Shown: one piece after another, positions 44,101 through 53,973 of the stretch
Layout: the number at the start of each line of letters is the position of its first letter
Position numbering within the stretch: the stretch's first letter is position 1
IMG/VR virus record: IMGVR_UViG_3300033984_000416
Span: 1 to 64,000 of that record
DNA: 64,000 nt
Strand: one strand, 5' to 3'
DNA from: a virus
Made by a program: the position numbers and the translations under genes
The notes under the pieces: model-generated
The model's input: the letters and a program-made list of their open reading frames with translations, nothing else
Databases searched by the model: none
What the model was told of the DNA's origin: nothing

Positions 44101-45869
44101 CTATGACCAAAATTATCACCATTGTAATATGTTGGATAATCTGGGTTGGTAGCATCATAAGCTTTACCGCTATCTAAACCACCTTTAGAACAACCTGGTG
44201 CATATATGTTGTTTTCACCATCATTTGGACATTTAACCGTAATACATGGGATATATTTTAGTAAATCAATAATTAACCTACACGCAAACCCTAAGAAACC
44301 AAATATTCTAACACGTAGTATTCTTCTACGACTGGCACGACATAAAGCCCTCATTACTTTGTTCCACGCTTTAAGTAAAATGTTAATAATACTTAAGACT
44401 ATGTTTATAAGAGGTATAATAATTGCATTCATTACGGCTATCAAAAATGCCACAATTTTAATAATCAAACATATAATAAAAAACAAAGCTGTAAATGATG
44501 TGTTAACTTTGTTGTATGGGAAAGGTGTTTTATCACCACCACAATCATCAACATTTTTAACACCAGTTATGCTTCTGGTATGTATACCACCACCTAGTGC
44601 TGATGTTGTTTGATATCTTGATATAAAATTACTTACAGAATATATTTTGTTCCAATATAAACTTCTAAAGCTACTTTTTTTAGTTTTATTACCAAATTCA
44701 TAGTCAATTTCACCCTTTATATTTGGGTTGTGTGGAACTAAATATTTTGCTCTAGTTCTAAGTCTACCTTCACCACCTGTTTGGTCCATACCAATCCTAA
44801 ACCTTACGTTGGCTCTAGTTGCTAACCCTTTATTTGGGTCATCAGAAGGTTGTAACGTTCCGTTTTCAGAAGTAACCATATAATCTAAGTTCATAGGTAT
44901 TTGATAGGCCCATGCACCACTTTCATCCATTACTCGACCACCTTCTATGTCAAATCTTTCAATTGACCCGTCTAGTTTTTCTCTAATCATTTCAATCGTA
45001 CCTTCGTTGGCTACTTGCGTACATAGAGCACCAACACTTCGTCTAGGTCTACAGTTCTTACTAACACTATCTTTATCTTGGTCACCAAACATGCTACCCA
45101 TAAAGATAGCTGATGGTTTGATATCATAGTTTAAATCTAAATCAATACGAGTAATACCAATCTCACATGTATCTGTATCACCCCAAAATGGTTGTACGTT
45201 AACACCAGCGTTGGCTGACTTAACTTGAATCAACTTATCTAAGTTTGTACCGCCTTTGTATTTTGTAGGGCTTTCAAAGAATTTTTCTGGTGTTCCTTGA
45301 GTAATGCTGTCGTAAGGTCTTTGTGATGCAATACCGATATCTGAAATATCAGCATCAACATGTATTGTGTATGTCCCTAGTGGTACACCAAAAATCATGA
45401 AGTCACCAGCGTAGTTAGTGGTAGTTGTAAATTTGTAATATTTACAGTAGACTTCTAACATGTCTACGTTGTCTAATATTTCTCTTTTATTTGGGAAGGT
45501 ACCTATTTCAGTAAAACATTCATTGTCTGTTTCTGAACTTCTAGGTAAAGTATTATATCTAATACCGTTGTCATCTTTATCTGTAACTATTTCATACGGA
45601 TATAACCCTTTTATTTGTGGGTTATTTTTATCAACATCATCCAATGGTATAAAAATACTAACTCTGGCATTTGGAACACCAAAACCACTATTAATTATTA
45701 CTCTACCAGCAACTACACCATAGTCGGAACAATAGTTTGTATATGCTTCTTCTTGAGTAATCTTTAACGAAAGAATTTCGATAAAATCGAAATCTTGCTC
45801 TACTTTTACTTTAAGGTATTTATCACTACCATTTGGTGTAGTTCTTATTCTTACGGTATTATTTGACAT
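41172..45869 (-). CDS. 1565-aa baseplate-region protein: N-terminal beta domain, central hydrophobic helices, SprB-like repeats
   Basis: GRVIINSGFGVPNARVSIF and FMIFGVPLGTYTIHVD (transthyretin/carboxypeptidase-regulatory-like); long hydrophobic helix; LTCFGADNGGILLTINGGLPPY. Confidence 0.7.
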   Translation of the reverse strand: MSNNTVRIRTTPNGSDKYLKVKVEQDFDFIEILSLKITQEEAYTNYCSDYGVVAGRVIINSGFGVPNARVSIFIPLDDVDKNNPQIKGLYPYEIVTDKDDNGIRYNTLPRSSETDNECFTEIGTFPNKREILDNVDMLEVYCKYYKFTTTTNYAGDFMIFGVPLGTYTIHVDADISDIGIASQRPYDSITQGTPEKFFESPTKYKGGTNLDKLIQVKSANAGVNVQPFWGDTDTCEIGITRIDLDLNYDIKPSAIFMGSMFGDQDKDSVSKNCRPRRSVGALCTQVANEGTIEMIREKLDGSIERFDIEGGRVMDESGAWAYQIPMNLDYMVTSENGTLQPSDDPNKGLATRANVRFRIGMDQTGGEGRLRTRAKYLVPHNPNIKGEIDYEFGNKTKKSSFRSLYWNKIYSVSNFISRYQTTSALGGGIHTRSITGVKNVDDCGGDKTPFPYNKVNTSFTALFFIICLIIKIVAFLIAVMNAIIIPLINIVLSIINILLKAWNKVMRALCRASRRRILRVRIFGFLGFACRLIIDLLKYIPCITVKCPNDGENNIYAPGCSKGGLDSGKAYDATNPDYPTYYNGDNFGHSGIFSLVGLDDCIAFEMAKSMNLFQFDFYNDWVNGSLYGFLLKYKKKRKKIEKFCEYDCGPDFGIIQGGVDGNNDGNSDNACRANSLVDVCYNGGGKDSQFNSRKSSLREGLIKKIGSEFYYAASNHDGSKKIFATEIINLGAVFSCDWQGVPKTQPFLIPTTYKMAPDIQEVADDQATVLTTGLCGIGGSTIGIFFDIDCLGLHVDNRQCLNIRHQCEFGVELDENRAPLGPSANGIIGLADLDIDDGDRPKWFRDVFYGLNISANTWTLNYPYTTNFNLGDCGVYDFAGGGTTPSPCKPTVFTNGQDYVDFRGYAANGATAFSQPKHSYFFYFGILPGKTGLDKLNQKFFTTCIPKSVVEFNVSISIIPITSSNLTATVTVTITAGVGPFNYIISGPDGFTDSGQIITSNGISQGIITGLPVGTFTIEITSSDGTFVMQTIQILPPGPLFANAYVSENCTSLLSSNGEITISSAGGGNGAGTYEYQLFNSQGIVVSPTGTPPITNLTTPQIITGLPIDIGISVFDPNTNGYTLTVTDTLGAQVSVTNLLVTGPTALTVVSTTTNLTCFGADNGGILLTINGGLPPYSASTIGANNFYEEGTNITGLSAATYISSVVDANNGVPISVVSTVLSLNPYMVILKPTDTEVQDANPSIAAGGDPNNYRLPFYITYGGYSPTTRVEYNIDDAEDATGELIWLSQTLTFVNSTLPLILLVPAESVSENITIRISNPMGTCFSNEITYEKTDIILPQGDLRINVNGVDNSKQCVANQVTFSFNINDLQNYSTDDTTHYRGGYNGADGYRSTIWVTGWNQAGTVSVTTTTPTVVKFTLLENLKPVTLTVPQVGGAPAYSCSVYIEITYRKPYNIIDGYVYFSYPNPAQLPPPNPTLPVVYPNLTIPNIVLPVTTLTGQWGNIPAPAPSTNVIKRLSVFGGVQPYSSTPYNVYDGTVLTQYEVPSTQVITTVVTDSTGCKIIV

Positions 45870-45874
45870 AAAAC

Positions 45875-46240
45875 TTATTTACTCTTATTTGTTATATCTT
45901 CAACATTTAACATAACAACATCATCTTCAGTCAAATATTCTTCTTCATCGTCATCATCATCATCGTCATCATCATCCTCTTCTTCATAGTTACTATTAAA
46001 ATATTTTTCATGTTTGATAAATTTATCAAGTATGATTCTTAAATCAACGTTTTTATTTAAAATAATAACGTCAAACATAAACCAAATTATCACCACCATA
46101 ATAATTGGTAATAATGCTAAGGCTATTAAAAACCCTATAGTTTTAGCCACATATTTTAATGTTAATTGAAGTGGTTTTTCTTTTATTATATTTTCTCCAT
46201 TTATTGGAGATAAGTTTGATGATTTACAATTACAACCCAT
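45875..46240 (-). CDS. membrane protein with N-terminal MGCNCK and poly-Asp/Glu tail
   Basis: IGFLIALALLPIIMVVIIWFMFDVIIL; EEEDDDDDDDDDEEE. Confidence 0.75.
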   Translation of the reverse strand: MGCNCKSSNLSPINGENIIKEKPLQLTLKYVAKTIGFLIALALLPIIMVVIIWFMFDVIILNKNVDLRIILDKFIKHEKYFNSNYEEEDDDDDDDDDDEEEYLTEDDVVMLNVEDITNKSK

Positions 46241-46270
46241 TTTTTTCTTTTTTTAGTTATTTGTTATCCA

Positions 46271-46278
46271 CAAATATA
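46271..46278 (-). promoter_or_regulatory. possible -7 box TATATTTG
   Basis: Exact TAnnTTTG 30 nt before ATG 46240, but no TTG at the -33 position. Confidence 0.4.
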
Positions 46279-46306
46279 GTTATTTAAAAACAATAAGGAA
46301 ACCCTA

Positions 46307-48127
46307 TTACTTAACCCTTACAATAATATCCATTGTTGGGTATTTAATCTCAAACATAGTTGTTGGTTCACCGAAAAGAGTATAATCGTCAGTTAAATCA
46401 ATTTGTCTAGTTTCTGCATCAATATATGGTTGTGAAATCTCATTAAGACTGTATTTACCACCACCTACTTTATTAAATATTCTCAACCCAGTAACATTCA
46501 AAACACCACCAACGTTATTAATCGTTTCTAACAATGGTGATATATAAACATTATCACCCATACCAAATTTGTTAATATCTAAATAGTCTTTTACGTCAGT
46601 AATAACTTGTGATATGATTTGAGATGATGGCATTTTCTTATCGATAAATAAATCAATTTCAAATGCTAAATTAACAATTCTACCATTTGTTATTTGAACA
46701 TAATCATTAAGCATTCTATAGTCAGCTAAATATGTTGCAATATTATCCCTTAAAGCACTAGTAGATTCATTTGTAAGTCTACCATTAGCATCTAAACCTA
46801 ATATATATGTTTTTATTTTATTTTGTTCCTCAAATACACCACATCTAAATGGTACGCCAAATTTTCCAGGCATTTGAGCTATTCTTGTTTGATAATCTTT
46901 GATGGTTACAGCTCTATTTTGTGATGAAAAATTATATTTAACCATATTTCTAATTTCTTCAACACTTGGTACATCTTTACCACCCAAAGCTGGGAAAGCG
47001 TTGTTAACTTTAAGTGAATTTCTAACACTAGTATTTATCGAGTCGTCCGAACCATTAACACTCATGCTTAAAATACCCAAAGATTTCAAAACATTTGGAC
47101 CTAAATTAGTATCGGCACCACCACCAACTCTATATTTTACAAACATTGTTGTATTTGCCGTTGGTACAATACCTAACGATAAATTATTAACAAAATCACC
47201 TATTTGATTAACCAAAGCAGTGTTGGAATCAAAATCACAAAGACTACTAGTATCTTGTGCACCAGCACCTAATATAATCTTGGTAAAACCTAAATCTGTA
47301 TATTCAGTTATAAATTTTTTAACTGTTGATATCCATTTTCCTGGTCTTACACCAGCATTATCAGTAAATTTGCTATTGTCTTCAATAAAAACTTTATCTT
47401 CAGCCAAAGCGTCTACTTCAAACCATCTATTACTTAAGTCTAGAAATTGGTCCAACGAAGGTTCTTTAATGAAATTAGTACCTGTAAGTGTTATTATAGA
47501 ATCTATAGATAAAACATTATCTTCTGGTAAAACTATTTCTAAAAATGGTCTTACATCATTGGTTGTTATAACTCGTTTAAATACTTTGGTAAAACCATTT
47601 TTTACTATTTCTCTTTTGGTTATTGTATAATTAATCAACGTACCATTTGCGTTAAAATTAGGTATAATAATCCTATTTGGAATTCCACCTATTGTAAATG
47701 GACTAGCAAAATCAATATCATCACTGGCTTCGAATACTTTACCACCACCACTAACTTGAGAACCAGCTCTAATTATTGGTGCATACGATACGTCAAAGGT
47801 ATCACCCAAAACAGGTAAGGTTACGCTAAAATCTACAATTGTAACACTAGGTCTTTTTCCTGGAATTTTTAAACCAAACGTTCTAGCTAGCGATAAAACT
47901 GATTTACGCTCTTTAGCGTAATCAATTTGTGTTTCTTGGAACATTCTATCAGTATTGGTTGAAAGCATGTCACCGACAGCCGCATTTAGCTCTAAAAGCA
48001 TCATACCGACACTTGCGTCATTAAAATCATTAAAGATATCTGGATAGTATTGTTTAACCATGTTAACTAAGTCTGAACGAATGTCAGCGAAGTTTCTAGA
48101 AGTGTATTGTATTCCTTGATTTGCCAT
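46307..48127 (-). CDS. baseplate wedge protein (T4 gp6 / baseplate-J-like)
   Basis: YTSRNFADIRSDL, FNDASVGMMLLEL, VKYRVGGG, GGKDVPSVEEIR, QNRAVTIKDY. Confidence 0.9.
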   Translation of the reverse strand: MANQGIQYTSRNFADIRSDLVNMVKQYYPDIFNDFNDASVGMMLLELNAAVGDMLSTNTDRMFQETQIDYAKERKSVLSLARTFGLKIPGKRPSVTIVDFSVTLPVLGDTFDVSYAPIIRAGSQVSGGGKVFEASDDIDFASPFTIGGIPNRIIIPNFNANGTLINYTITKREIVKNGFTKVFKRVITTNDVRPFLEIVLPEDNVLSIDSIITLTGTNFIKEPSLDQFLDLSNRWFEVDALAEDKVFIEDNSKFTDNAGVRPGKWISTVKKFITEYTDLGFTKIILGAGAQDTSSLCDFDSNTALVNQIGDFVNNLSLGIVPTANTTMFVKYRVGGGADTNLGPNVLKSLGILSMSVNGSDDSINTSVRNSLKVNNAFPALGGKDVPSVEEIRNMVKYNFSSQNRAVTIKDYQTRIAQMPGKFGVPFRCGVFEEQNKIKTYILGLDANGRLTNESTSALRDNIATYLADYRMLNDYVQITNGRIVNLAFEIDLFIDKKMPSSQIISQVITDVKDYLDINKFGMGDNVYISPLLETINNVGGVLNVTGLRIFNKVGGGKYSLNEISQPYIDAETRQIDLTDDYTLFGEPTTMFEIKYPTMDIIVRVK

Positions 48128-48133
48128 AATTTA

Positions 48134-48520
48134 TTATAGTTTTATTACTATGATGTCTGATGTTGTGAAAACATCGTCCGTTATTGTGTATGTTATAGTT
48201 ACAACCGCAGCATATTCGCTTTCAATTGATTCAACTACTGTTATTTCATCTATTTGAAGACTTGGTAAAAATCTTTTTACCGTACTTTTTATTTCGCTTT
48301 TAATGTCGTTAAGTGTCATCCCATCTTCTGGTTCAAATATAAATTTAATTAAATCAGTACCAAAATCTGGATTGTAAAGTCTTTGTCCTTTTCTAGTAAG
48401 TATCAGATGAAGAAGGTCAGCTTTTATTGCTTGGTTATCTTCATCGTTTAAATCCAAGAAAAACCCCTTATGACTATCCTTAAAAGGGTAGTTTATGTTG
48501 ATATATTTTCCGTTAGCCAT
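48134..48520 (-). CDS. baseplate gp25-like sheath initiator (start revised to MANGKY)
   Basis: INYPF, LLHLILTRKGQRLYNPDFGTDL..FIFEP. The longer track start lies inside nrdA and its terminator. Confidence 0.9.
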   Translation of the reverse strand: MANGKYININYPFKDSHKGFFLDLNDEDNQAIKADLLHLILTRKGQRLYNPDFGTDLIKFIFEPEDGMTLNDIKSEIKSTVKRFLPSLQIDEITVVESIESEYAAVVTITYTITDDVFTTSDIIVIKL

Positions 48521-48533
48521 AACTTGTTTATTA

Positions 48534-48541
48534 GATAAATA
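48534..48541 (-). promoter_or_regulatory. late-motif variant TATTTATC
   Basis: TATATTTATC, 13 nt before ATG 48520, after the nrdA terminator. Confidence 0.55.
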
Positions 48542-48578
48542 TAATACTAAAGTATTTTTATAAGTAAATATGGCAAAT

Positions 48579-48604
48579 AAAAAAAGGGACCATATGGTCC
48601 CTTT
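48579..48604 (-). terminator. intrinsic terminator of the dnaB-nrdB-nrdA unit
   Basis: AAAGGGACC-ATAT-GGTCCCTTT plus a U-run. Confidence 0.9.
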
Positions 48605-48623
48605 ATTTTTTGTGTTTATTTTT

Positions 48624-50978
48624 TTATGATGAACATCCAATACATTCAAATTGACTTTCTGTTGGTTTTTCAACAGCTTTTTGTTTAGTCATATCAATTG
48701 CCAAGTGTTTTGCTTTGTTATCCACTGATTCACTTCTTAAATAGTATTGGCCAGTTTTAAGACCTAACTTCCACGCTAGTGTATGTGATGTTGTTAATTT
48801 ACCCACCGTTGGTGTGCTAAAGAAAATATTAAGACTCTGTGATTGGTCGATAAATGGTGCTCTATCAGCCGACATTTCAATAAGGGCTTTTTGTGATATT
48901 TCCCAAACTGTTTTATATCTATCTTTCATTTCTTGACTGATAACTGGAATGTTTTGAACGCTTCCATCATTTTTAATTAATTCACTAAGAATTTCTCTAT
49001 TCCATAACCCTTCAGATTCTAAATCTCTTACCAAGTGTTTATTTACCATTGCAAATTCACCACCAGTTACTCTACGAACATATAAGTTAGATGTGAATGG
49101 TTCGAAAGCTTCATTAGACCCGATTACACGAGCTGAACTAGCAGTTGGTGGACATGTGGTTACTAGTGAGTTTCTAACACCGTATTTTTTTATGTCTTTT
49201 CTTAATTGTTTCCAATCATGCATGCCAGATAAATCTTCTTCTTTTCTTTTTCTATTTGTTACGTTTCCTAACTCGTCTGTTTCAGTTATATCCCACATTT
49301 GCCATTGAAAGATACCTTCTGAAATTGGCGAACCTTCATAACCATCATAAGTTAAACCAGTTTCTTTGGCCAAATCACACGATTCTCTCAACGCATTGAA
49401 GTAGATTGTTTCAAATATGTCTTTGTTTAATTGTCTAGCTTCATCTGATGTAAAGACTAATTTTAACATAGCGAAAACGTCTGCTAAACCTTGAATACCT
49501 ATACCTAACGCTCTTTGTTCTAAACCACCCTTTCTACCTTCTTCCGTTGAATAATCGTTCACCTCTAGGGCTATGTTTAATGATTTAGTTATTGAACGTG
49601 CAACTCTACCTAATTCTTCAAAATCGTATTTACCATCAATAACATATTTTTGAACTGGAATACTTGTAAGTGTACAAATAGCAGTTGTTTTGGCATCGGT
49701 TACTTCCATAATCTCCGAACATAAGTTACTAGAGTGAATTACACCCATATTCTTTTGGTTCGATTTTTTGTTAGCGTGGTCTTTGAAACACATGTAAGGC
49801 ATTCCACTTTCAATTTGAGCTTCAAGTATTTTAAGCCATAAGTCATGTGCTTTGATTTTAGTACCAATACCCATCTCTACGGCCTTATTATACTCTTCTT
49901 CGTATTCTGACCCATAAATCTCATAAAATGGCTTTAAACCAGCTGTTTTTATCTCGTGAGGACAAAATAGATGCCAATCACCATTTGTTTCAACAGCTCT
50001 CATGAAATTATCTGGAATCCAAAGAGCAGAAAATAAATCACGAGCTCTTAATTCCTCAGCACCGATTTTCTTTCTGATATCCAATACATCAAAGATATCT
50101 TTGTGCCATGGTTCAATATAAATAGCACACGAACCTGGTCTTTTACCACGTTGGTTCCAGAATCTAAGTGTTTCATTTACAACTTTAAGGTATTTAAGTA
50201 TTCCACCAGCTTTACCATTAGAGTTTCCAACGTTACTTTCTTTGGAACGAATATTCGAAACTGCTAACCCAATACCTTCAGCTTTTGAAGATGAAATGGC
50301 GATTCTACCTAATATGTTTAACAAACCTTCAGTTGAATCATCTGGAACAATAGATAAGTTACATGAAGCAATCTGACCTATGGTTGTTCCGATATTCATT
50401 TTTAATGGCGTTGCTGGACTTTCACCTTGATTACTTAAATCGTTGTACTTTTCTTTGAAGTCTTCTGGGGTATTGGTTGTCATAAGGGCAACTCTAACAT
50501 ACATTTGTTGTGGTCTTTCTAATATTATACCTTCAGAAGATTTCAATAGGTAGATATCTTTAAGTGAACACCAACCGAAATAATCAAATTGGAAGTCTCT
50601 TTTGTAATCTATTGTTGATTCAATAAGTTCAATGTTCTCTTTTATTTTATTGAAATAAGCATCATTTAATAAACCAGCGTTGTACATTTTCTTAGCGGCT
50701 TTCATAAACGAATCTTCAGTTTCTTTGTGTAGTTTCGTTATTGAAATATTTGCAGCTAATTTTGAATAGTCTGGGTGGTTCATCGCCAAAGATTCGGCAA
50801 CAACTGAAATTAGGTCATCCAGTTGATTTGTTGTCATATCATCAGCTATACCTTGCGTTACTTTAATGAAAACTTCATCAGCATTAACCTTCAACCCTTC
50901 CGATTGTTTCTTTATTCTAGTTAATATTTTGTTTGGGTTAAAATCTATTTTACTCCCGTTTCTTTTTATTACTTGCAT
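48624..50978 (-). CDS. nrdA: class Ia ribonucleotide reductase alpha subunit with ATP cone
   Basis: VIKRNG ATP cone, ERPQQMYVRVA, SPATP, SNLCSEI, LKTGQYYLRS, C-terminal CIGCSS. Confidence 0.97.
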   Translation of the reverse strand: MQVIKRNGSKIDFNPNKILTRIKKQSEGLKVNADEVFIKVTQGIADDMTTNQLDDLISVVAESLAMNHPDYSKLAANISITKLHKETEDSFMKAAKKMYNAGLLNDAYFNKIKENIELIESTIDYKRDFQFDYFGWCSLKDIYLLKSSEGIILERPQQMYVRVALMTTNTPEDFKEKYNDLSNQGESPATPLKMNIGTTIGQIASCNLSIVPDDSTEGLLNILGRIAISSSKAEGIGLAVSNIRSKESNVGNSNGKAGGILKYLKVVNETLRFWNQRGKRPGSCAIYIEPWHKDIFDVLDIRKKIGAEELRARDLFSALWIPDNFMRAVETNGDWHLFCPHEIKTAGLKPFYEIYGSEYEEEYNKAVEMGIGTKIKAHDLWLKILEAQIESGMPYMCFKDHANKKSNQKNMGVIHSSNLCSEIMEVTDAKTTAICTLTSIPVQKYVIDGKYDFEELGRVARSITKSLNIALEVNDYSTEEGRKGGLEQRALGIGIQGLADVFAMLKLVFTSDEARQLNKDIFETIYFNALRESCDLAKETGLTYDGYEGSPISEGIFQWQMWDITETDELGNVTNRKRKEEDLSGMHDWKQLRKDIKKYGVRNSLVTTCPPTASSARVIGSNEAFEPFTSNLYVRRVTGGEFAMVNKHLVRDLESEGLWNREILSELIKNDGSVQNIPVISQEMKDRYKTVWEISQKALIEMSADRAPFIDQSQSLNIFFSTPTVGKLTTSHTLAWKLGLKTGQYYLRSESVDNKAKHLAIDMTKQKAVEKPTESQFECIGCSS

Positions 50979-50991
50979 ATTTTATGTTAGT

Positions 50992-51945
50992 TTAAATTTC
51001 CTCATCGAATGAGATTGGCCCACTTAAGTCAGCTGATTTATATTCTGTTGAACGACCTTCAAAAAAGTTTTGTTTTGTTTTTAAAGCGATTTGATTCATA
51101 AACTCAAAAGGGTTTTTTGAATTGAATTCTTTTTTACAATTTAATTGACTTAATAAACCGTCAACAACAAACTCTAAATATTGTTTCATCAAATCAGCAT
51201 TCATACCGATAAGTGATACTGGTAAAGATTCAGTAATAAATTCTTTTTCAATTTCCAAAGCTGATAAAAATATTTCTCTAATTCTAGCTTCGCTTGGTTT
51301 ATCAACAATATGATTGTTTAACAAGTGGATAGCGAAATCAGCATGCATTGATTCATCTCTAGAGATAAAAACGTTTGAATCACAAAGACCAGGCATAAGA
51401 CCCCTAGACTTAAGATAAAAAATACTACAAAATGACCCAGAAAAGAAAATACCTTCTACCGCAACAAATGCGATAAGTCTATCAACAAATGAATCAGATT
51501 CAATCCAATCCAAAGCCCATTCCGCTTTCTTTTTAACTGGTGGCATATATTCTATAGCGTTAAAACACTCTTGTCTTTCTTTCGTATCTTTAATGTACGT
51601 GTCGATAAGCAAAGAATACATTTGACTATGAATGTTTTCCATCATGATTTGAAAACCATAAAAGAATTTGGCTTCAGTGTATTGTACTTCGTTTAAAAAA
51701 TTGATAGCTAAGTTTTCATTTACTATACCATCTGAAGCTGCGAAAAAAGCTAAGATATTAGTTATAAAATATCTTTCATTATCTGTTAATTTAGTTTCCC
51801 AGTGAGAGATATCTTTTGATAAATCGATTTCCTCTACAGTCCACATGGCTGCCTTCTGGTCCAAATAATGTTGCCAAAGGTCTTGATGTTCTATTGGAAA
51901 TAGAACAAAACGATTTGGGTTGTTAATTAATATTGGTTCTGTCAT
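50992..51945 (-). CDS. nrdB: class Ia ribonucleotide reductase beta subunit
   Basis: [62 protein letters not shown]. Confidence 0.97.
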   Translation of the reverse strand: MTEPILINNPNRFVLFPIEHQDLWQHYLDQKAAMWTVEEIDLSKDISHWETKLTDNERYFITNILAFFAASDGIVNENLAINFLNEVQYTEAKFFYGFQIMMENIHSQMYSLLIDTYIKDTKERQECFNAIEYMPPVKKKAEWALDWIESDSFVDRLIAFVAVEGIFFSGSFCSIFYLKSRGLMPGLCDSNVFISRDESMHADFAIHLLNNHIVDKPSEARIREIFLSALEIEKEFITESLPVSLIGMNADLMKQYLEFVVDGLLSQLNCKKEFNSKNPFEFMNQIALKTKQNFFEGRSTEYKSADLSGPISFDEEI

Positions 51946-51972
51946 TTTGTTTGTTATTTTTATTGTTAATTT

Positions 51973-53400
51973 TTATTCTTCAGCCTTTGGAACCGTAATC
52001 CCACTTAAAACTGATTGTCTATTTTTTGCCGCAGTCAAAACTGAGTTAACTCTATCTTGATTGTTGACATTCACGTCTTGTTTGTGTTGTGTTTGTGTTC
52101 TACCACCTTTACTCTCACCCATGTCGATTTGAATTCTTGCGTTATCAAATTTAATATCCGTGAAAATAATACCATCTTTACCGAAACGAGATTTAAGAAT
52201 TGCCATTGTAGCAGTTCCAGCTTCTTTTTGGTCTAGAGTTTTCGCAATTGACACGATGAAGTGACCAATTTGACCTTTTTTGATTGAACCACCCATTTGG
52301 TCGGCTTCAACTACTTCAGCTTTAATCGAACTTCTATTACCTTGAACCGCTGTCCATCCAGCCATATCTAATTCAGATAACATAGTTTCAAACTGTCTCA
52401 TTACACTACCTTCACCAGCATTTACGTCATCAAATCTTCTAGAAGGTTCAACACAATCAATGTAATCTAATAGTACGATATCTGGTCTGAAACCTTGTGC
52501 TATTAATTTTCTAATGTAGTGTCTAATAACTGGAATTGTTGTTCCGTCACTAGAAAACTTTTTAAGTCTTAAGATACCTTTATCTGGACCAACTGTCATA
52601 TCAGTAACCATAGCTAAAAGTTCATCTTTATGTAATGATAAACTATTCAAATCATAACCAGACCAACACGATAAATGTTTTCTTTGGATTACCTTTGGAT
52701 TGTCCTCGAAAAACACTTGTAATACCTTTTTACCATCAGTCATAGCTGTATTGGCTATCTTGGTCATCATAGTTGTTTTACCAACACCAAATGGTGCTAA
52801 TATAACAGCTAATTCACCCTTAGATAATCCACCATCCATTACATCATCTAAACCTGTAATACCAGTACGAATTGGTTTTCTAAAGTCATCTACCAACACA
52901 TCATTGATATTGTCGAAAATGTCCATACCATCGTCTTTATTATCACCATGTTCTAAAGCCTTTCTAAGAATAGCTTCACATTTGTCATAATCTTCGATAT
53001 CACCTTTGTTGATGATTTTGGTTATTTCATTTACTGATTTTTTAAGTTCCTGTTGCTTACAGAACTTCATTGCGATATCTTGCACTTTAAGAGTATCGTG
53101 TAGGTTAGCATCTTGAATCTTGCGAAGTTGTGAGATAGCATATTTTCTTTGCGTATCATCTTTTACATCTTCTAATAATCTGAATTCCAGACTGCCAATG
53201 TCTGGAACGATATCATCGGTCATTTTAGCATCCTTAATTGTTGCAGCCACAACCCTTAAGTATGGGTCTTCAAAATAATTTGGGTCAACAATGTCTATTA
53301 TTGAATTTGCGAATTTTCTATCAGTAAGAATCTGTGCTATTAATCTTAATTGGTAGTCATACCCCAAATACCCTAAATTATTTTTGTCTATTTTTGCCAT
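51973..53400 (-). CDS. dnaB: replicative DnaB-like (T4 gp41-type) helicase
   Basis: GELAVILAPFGVGKTT, IVLLDYID, WTAVQGNR, ILKSRFG. Confidence 0.92.
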   Translation of the reverse strand: MAKIDKNNLGYLGYDYQLRLIAQILTDRKFANSIIDIVDPNYFEDPYLRVVAATIKDAKMTDDIVPDIGSLEFRLLEDVKDDTQRKYAISQLRKIQDANLHDTLKVQDIAMKFCKQQELKKSVNEITKIINKGDIEDYDKCEAILRKALEHGDNKDDGMDIFDNINDVLVDDFRKPIRTGITGLDDVMDGGLSKGELAVILAPFGVGKTTMMTKIANTAMTDGKKVLQVFFEDNPKVIQRKHLSCWSGYDLNSLSLHKDELLAMVTDMTVGPDKGILRLKKFSSDGTTIPVIRHYIRKLIAQGFRPDIVLLDYIDCVEPSRRFDDVNAGEGSVMRQFETMLSELDMAGWTAVQGNRSSIKAEVVEADQMGGSIKKGQIGHFIVSIAKTLDQKEAGTATMAILKSRFGKDGIIFTDIKFDNARIQIDMGESKGGRTQTQHKQDVNVNNQDRVNSVLTAAKNRQSVLSGITVPKAEE

Positions 53401-53431
53401 TTTTTTTCTTCTTTTTTAAAAACCTTGTTAT

Positions 53432-53439
53432 AATAAATA
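53432..53439 (-). promoter_or_regulatory. late-motif variant TATTTATT
   Basis: CATATTTATT, 31 nt before the dnaB ATG; similar variants at 883-890 and 1418-1425. Confidence 0.35.
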
Positions 53440-53454
53440 TGCGAATATTTTCGA

Positions 53455-53958
53455 TTAACGCTCAATAATTGTATATTTTTTTTGACTCATTGAATGTCTG
53501 ATTTCAGACATGATTGACGGGATTATTTCCCTAACATCAACTGCGTATCTAACTTTAGGTGGAAAAAAGTTTCCACTAAATTGTGTTTTAGCAACAGACG
53601 CTTTGTCTACTTTTACTTCGAATTGGAAGTTGTCTTCTTTTTCGAAAATATTCTTAGAACCTTCTTCTGGTTGTAAGAAATATGGGTTATAATTATCCCA
53701 TAAATAAGTTAAAGATTTCTCTTTTAAATGGTTAGGAATAATACCTTGACTACCATAGTCACCATTATTCATACCAGCAATGTTGTCCATCATTTCTTTA
53801 AGCTCTAAAGACTTAATAGAATCCTCATTAAAGTCATAGATGTTGAAATATCTCTGGCAGATAATGTGGTCGTTAATGTACAATACAAATTCGAATCTTT
53901 GGTCTTCGATTTTTTTTCCGTCTGTACGTACACTTGGTTTTGTCGTTGTTGTTGTCAT
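53455..53958 (-). CDS. hypothetical protein in the replication module
   Basis: 167-aa ORF between the exonuclease and helicase genes. Confidence 0.8.
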   Translation of the reverse strand: MTTTTTKPSVRTDGKKIEDQRFEFVLYINDHIICQRYFNIYDFNEDSIKSLELKEMMDNIAGMNNGDYGSQGIIPNHLKEKSLTYLWDNYNPYFLQPEEGSKNIFEKEDNFQFEVKVDKASVAKTQFSGNFFPPKVRYAVDVREIIPSIMSEIRHSMSQKKYTIIER

Positions 53959-53973
53959 GTTTGTTTTTTAATG

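Noticed and set aside
45945-45990. (CAT)n-like trinucleotide run as a phase-variation switch
   Set aside because: It is an in-frame poly-Asp/Glu tract; slippage would not change the frame.
48521-48673. Apparent 50-bp overlap of nrdA with a long gp25 N-terminus
   Set aside because: Start-calling artefact; a terminator and late-motif variant lie in this stretch and the gp25 homology begins at 48520.
48624-51945. Eukaryote-like RNR as a sign of a giant eukaryotic virus
   Set aside because: Bacteroidota carry this RNR type; the sigma70, bacterial promoters and terminators, baseplate and peptidoglycan hydrolases indicate a bacteriophage.
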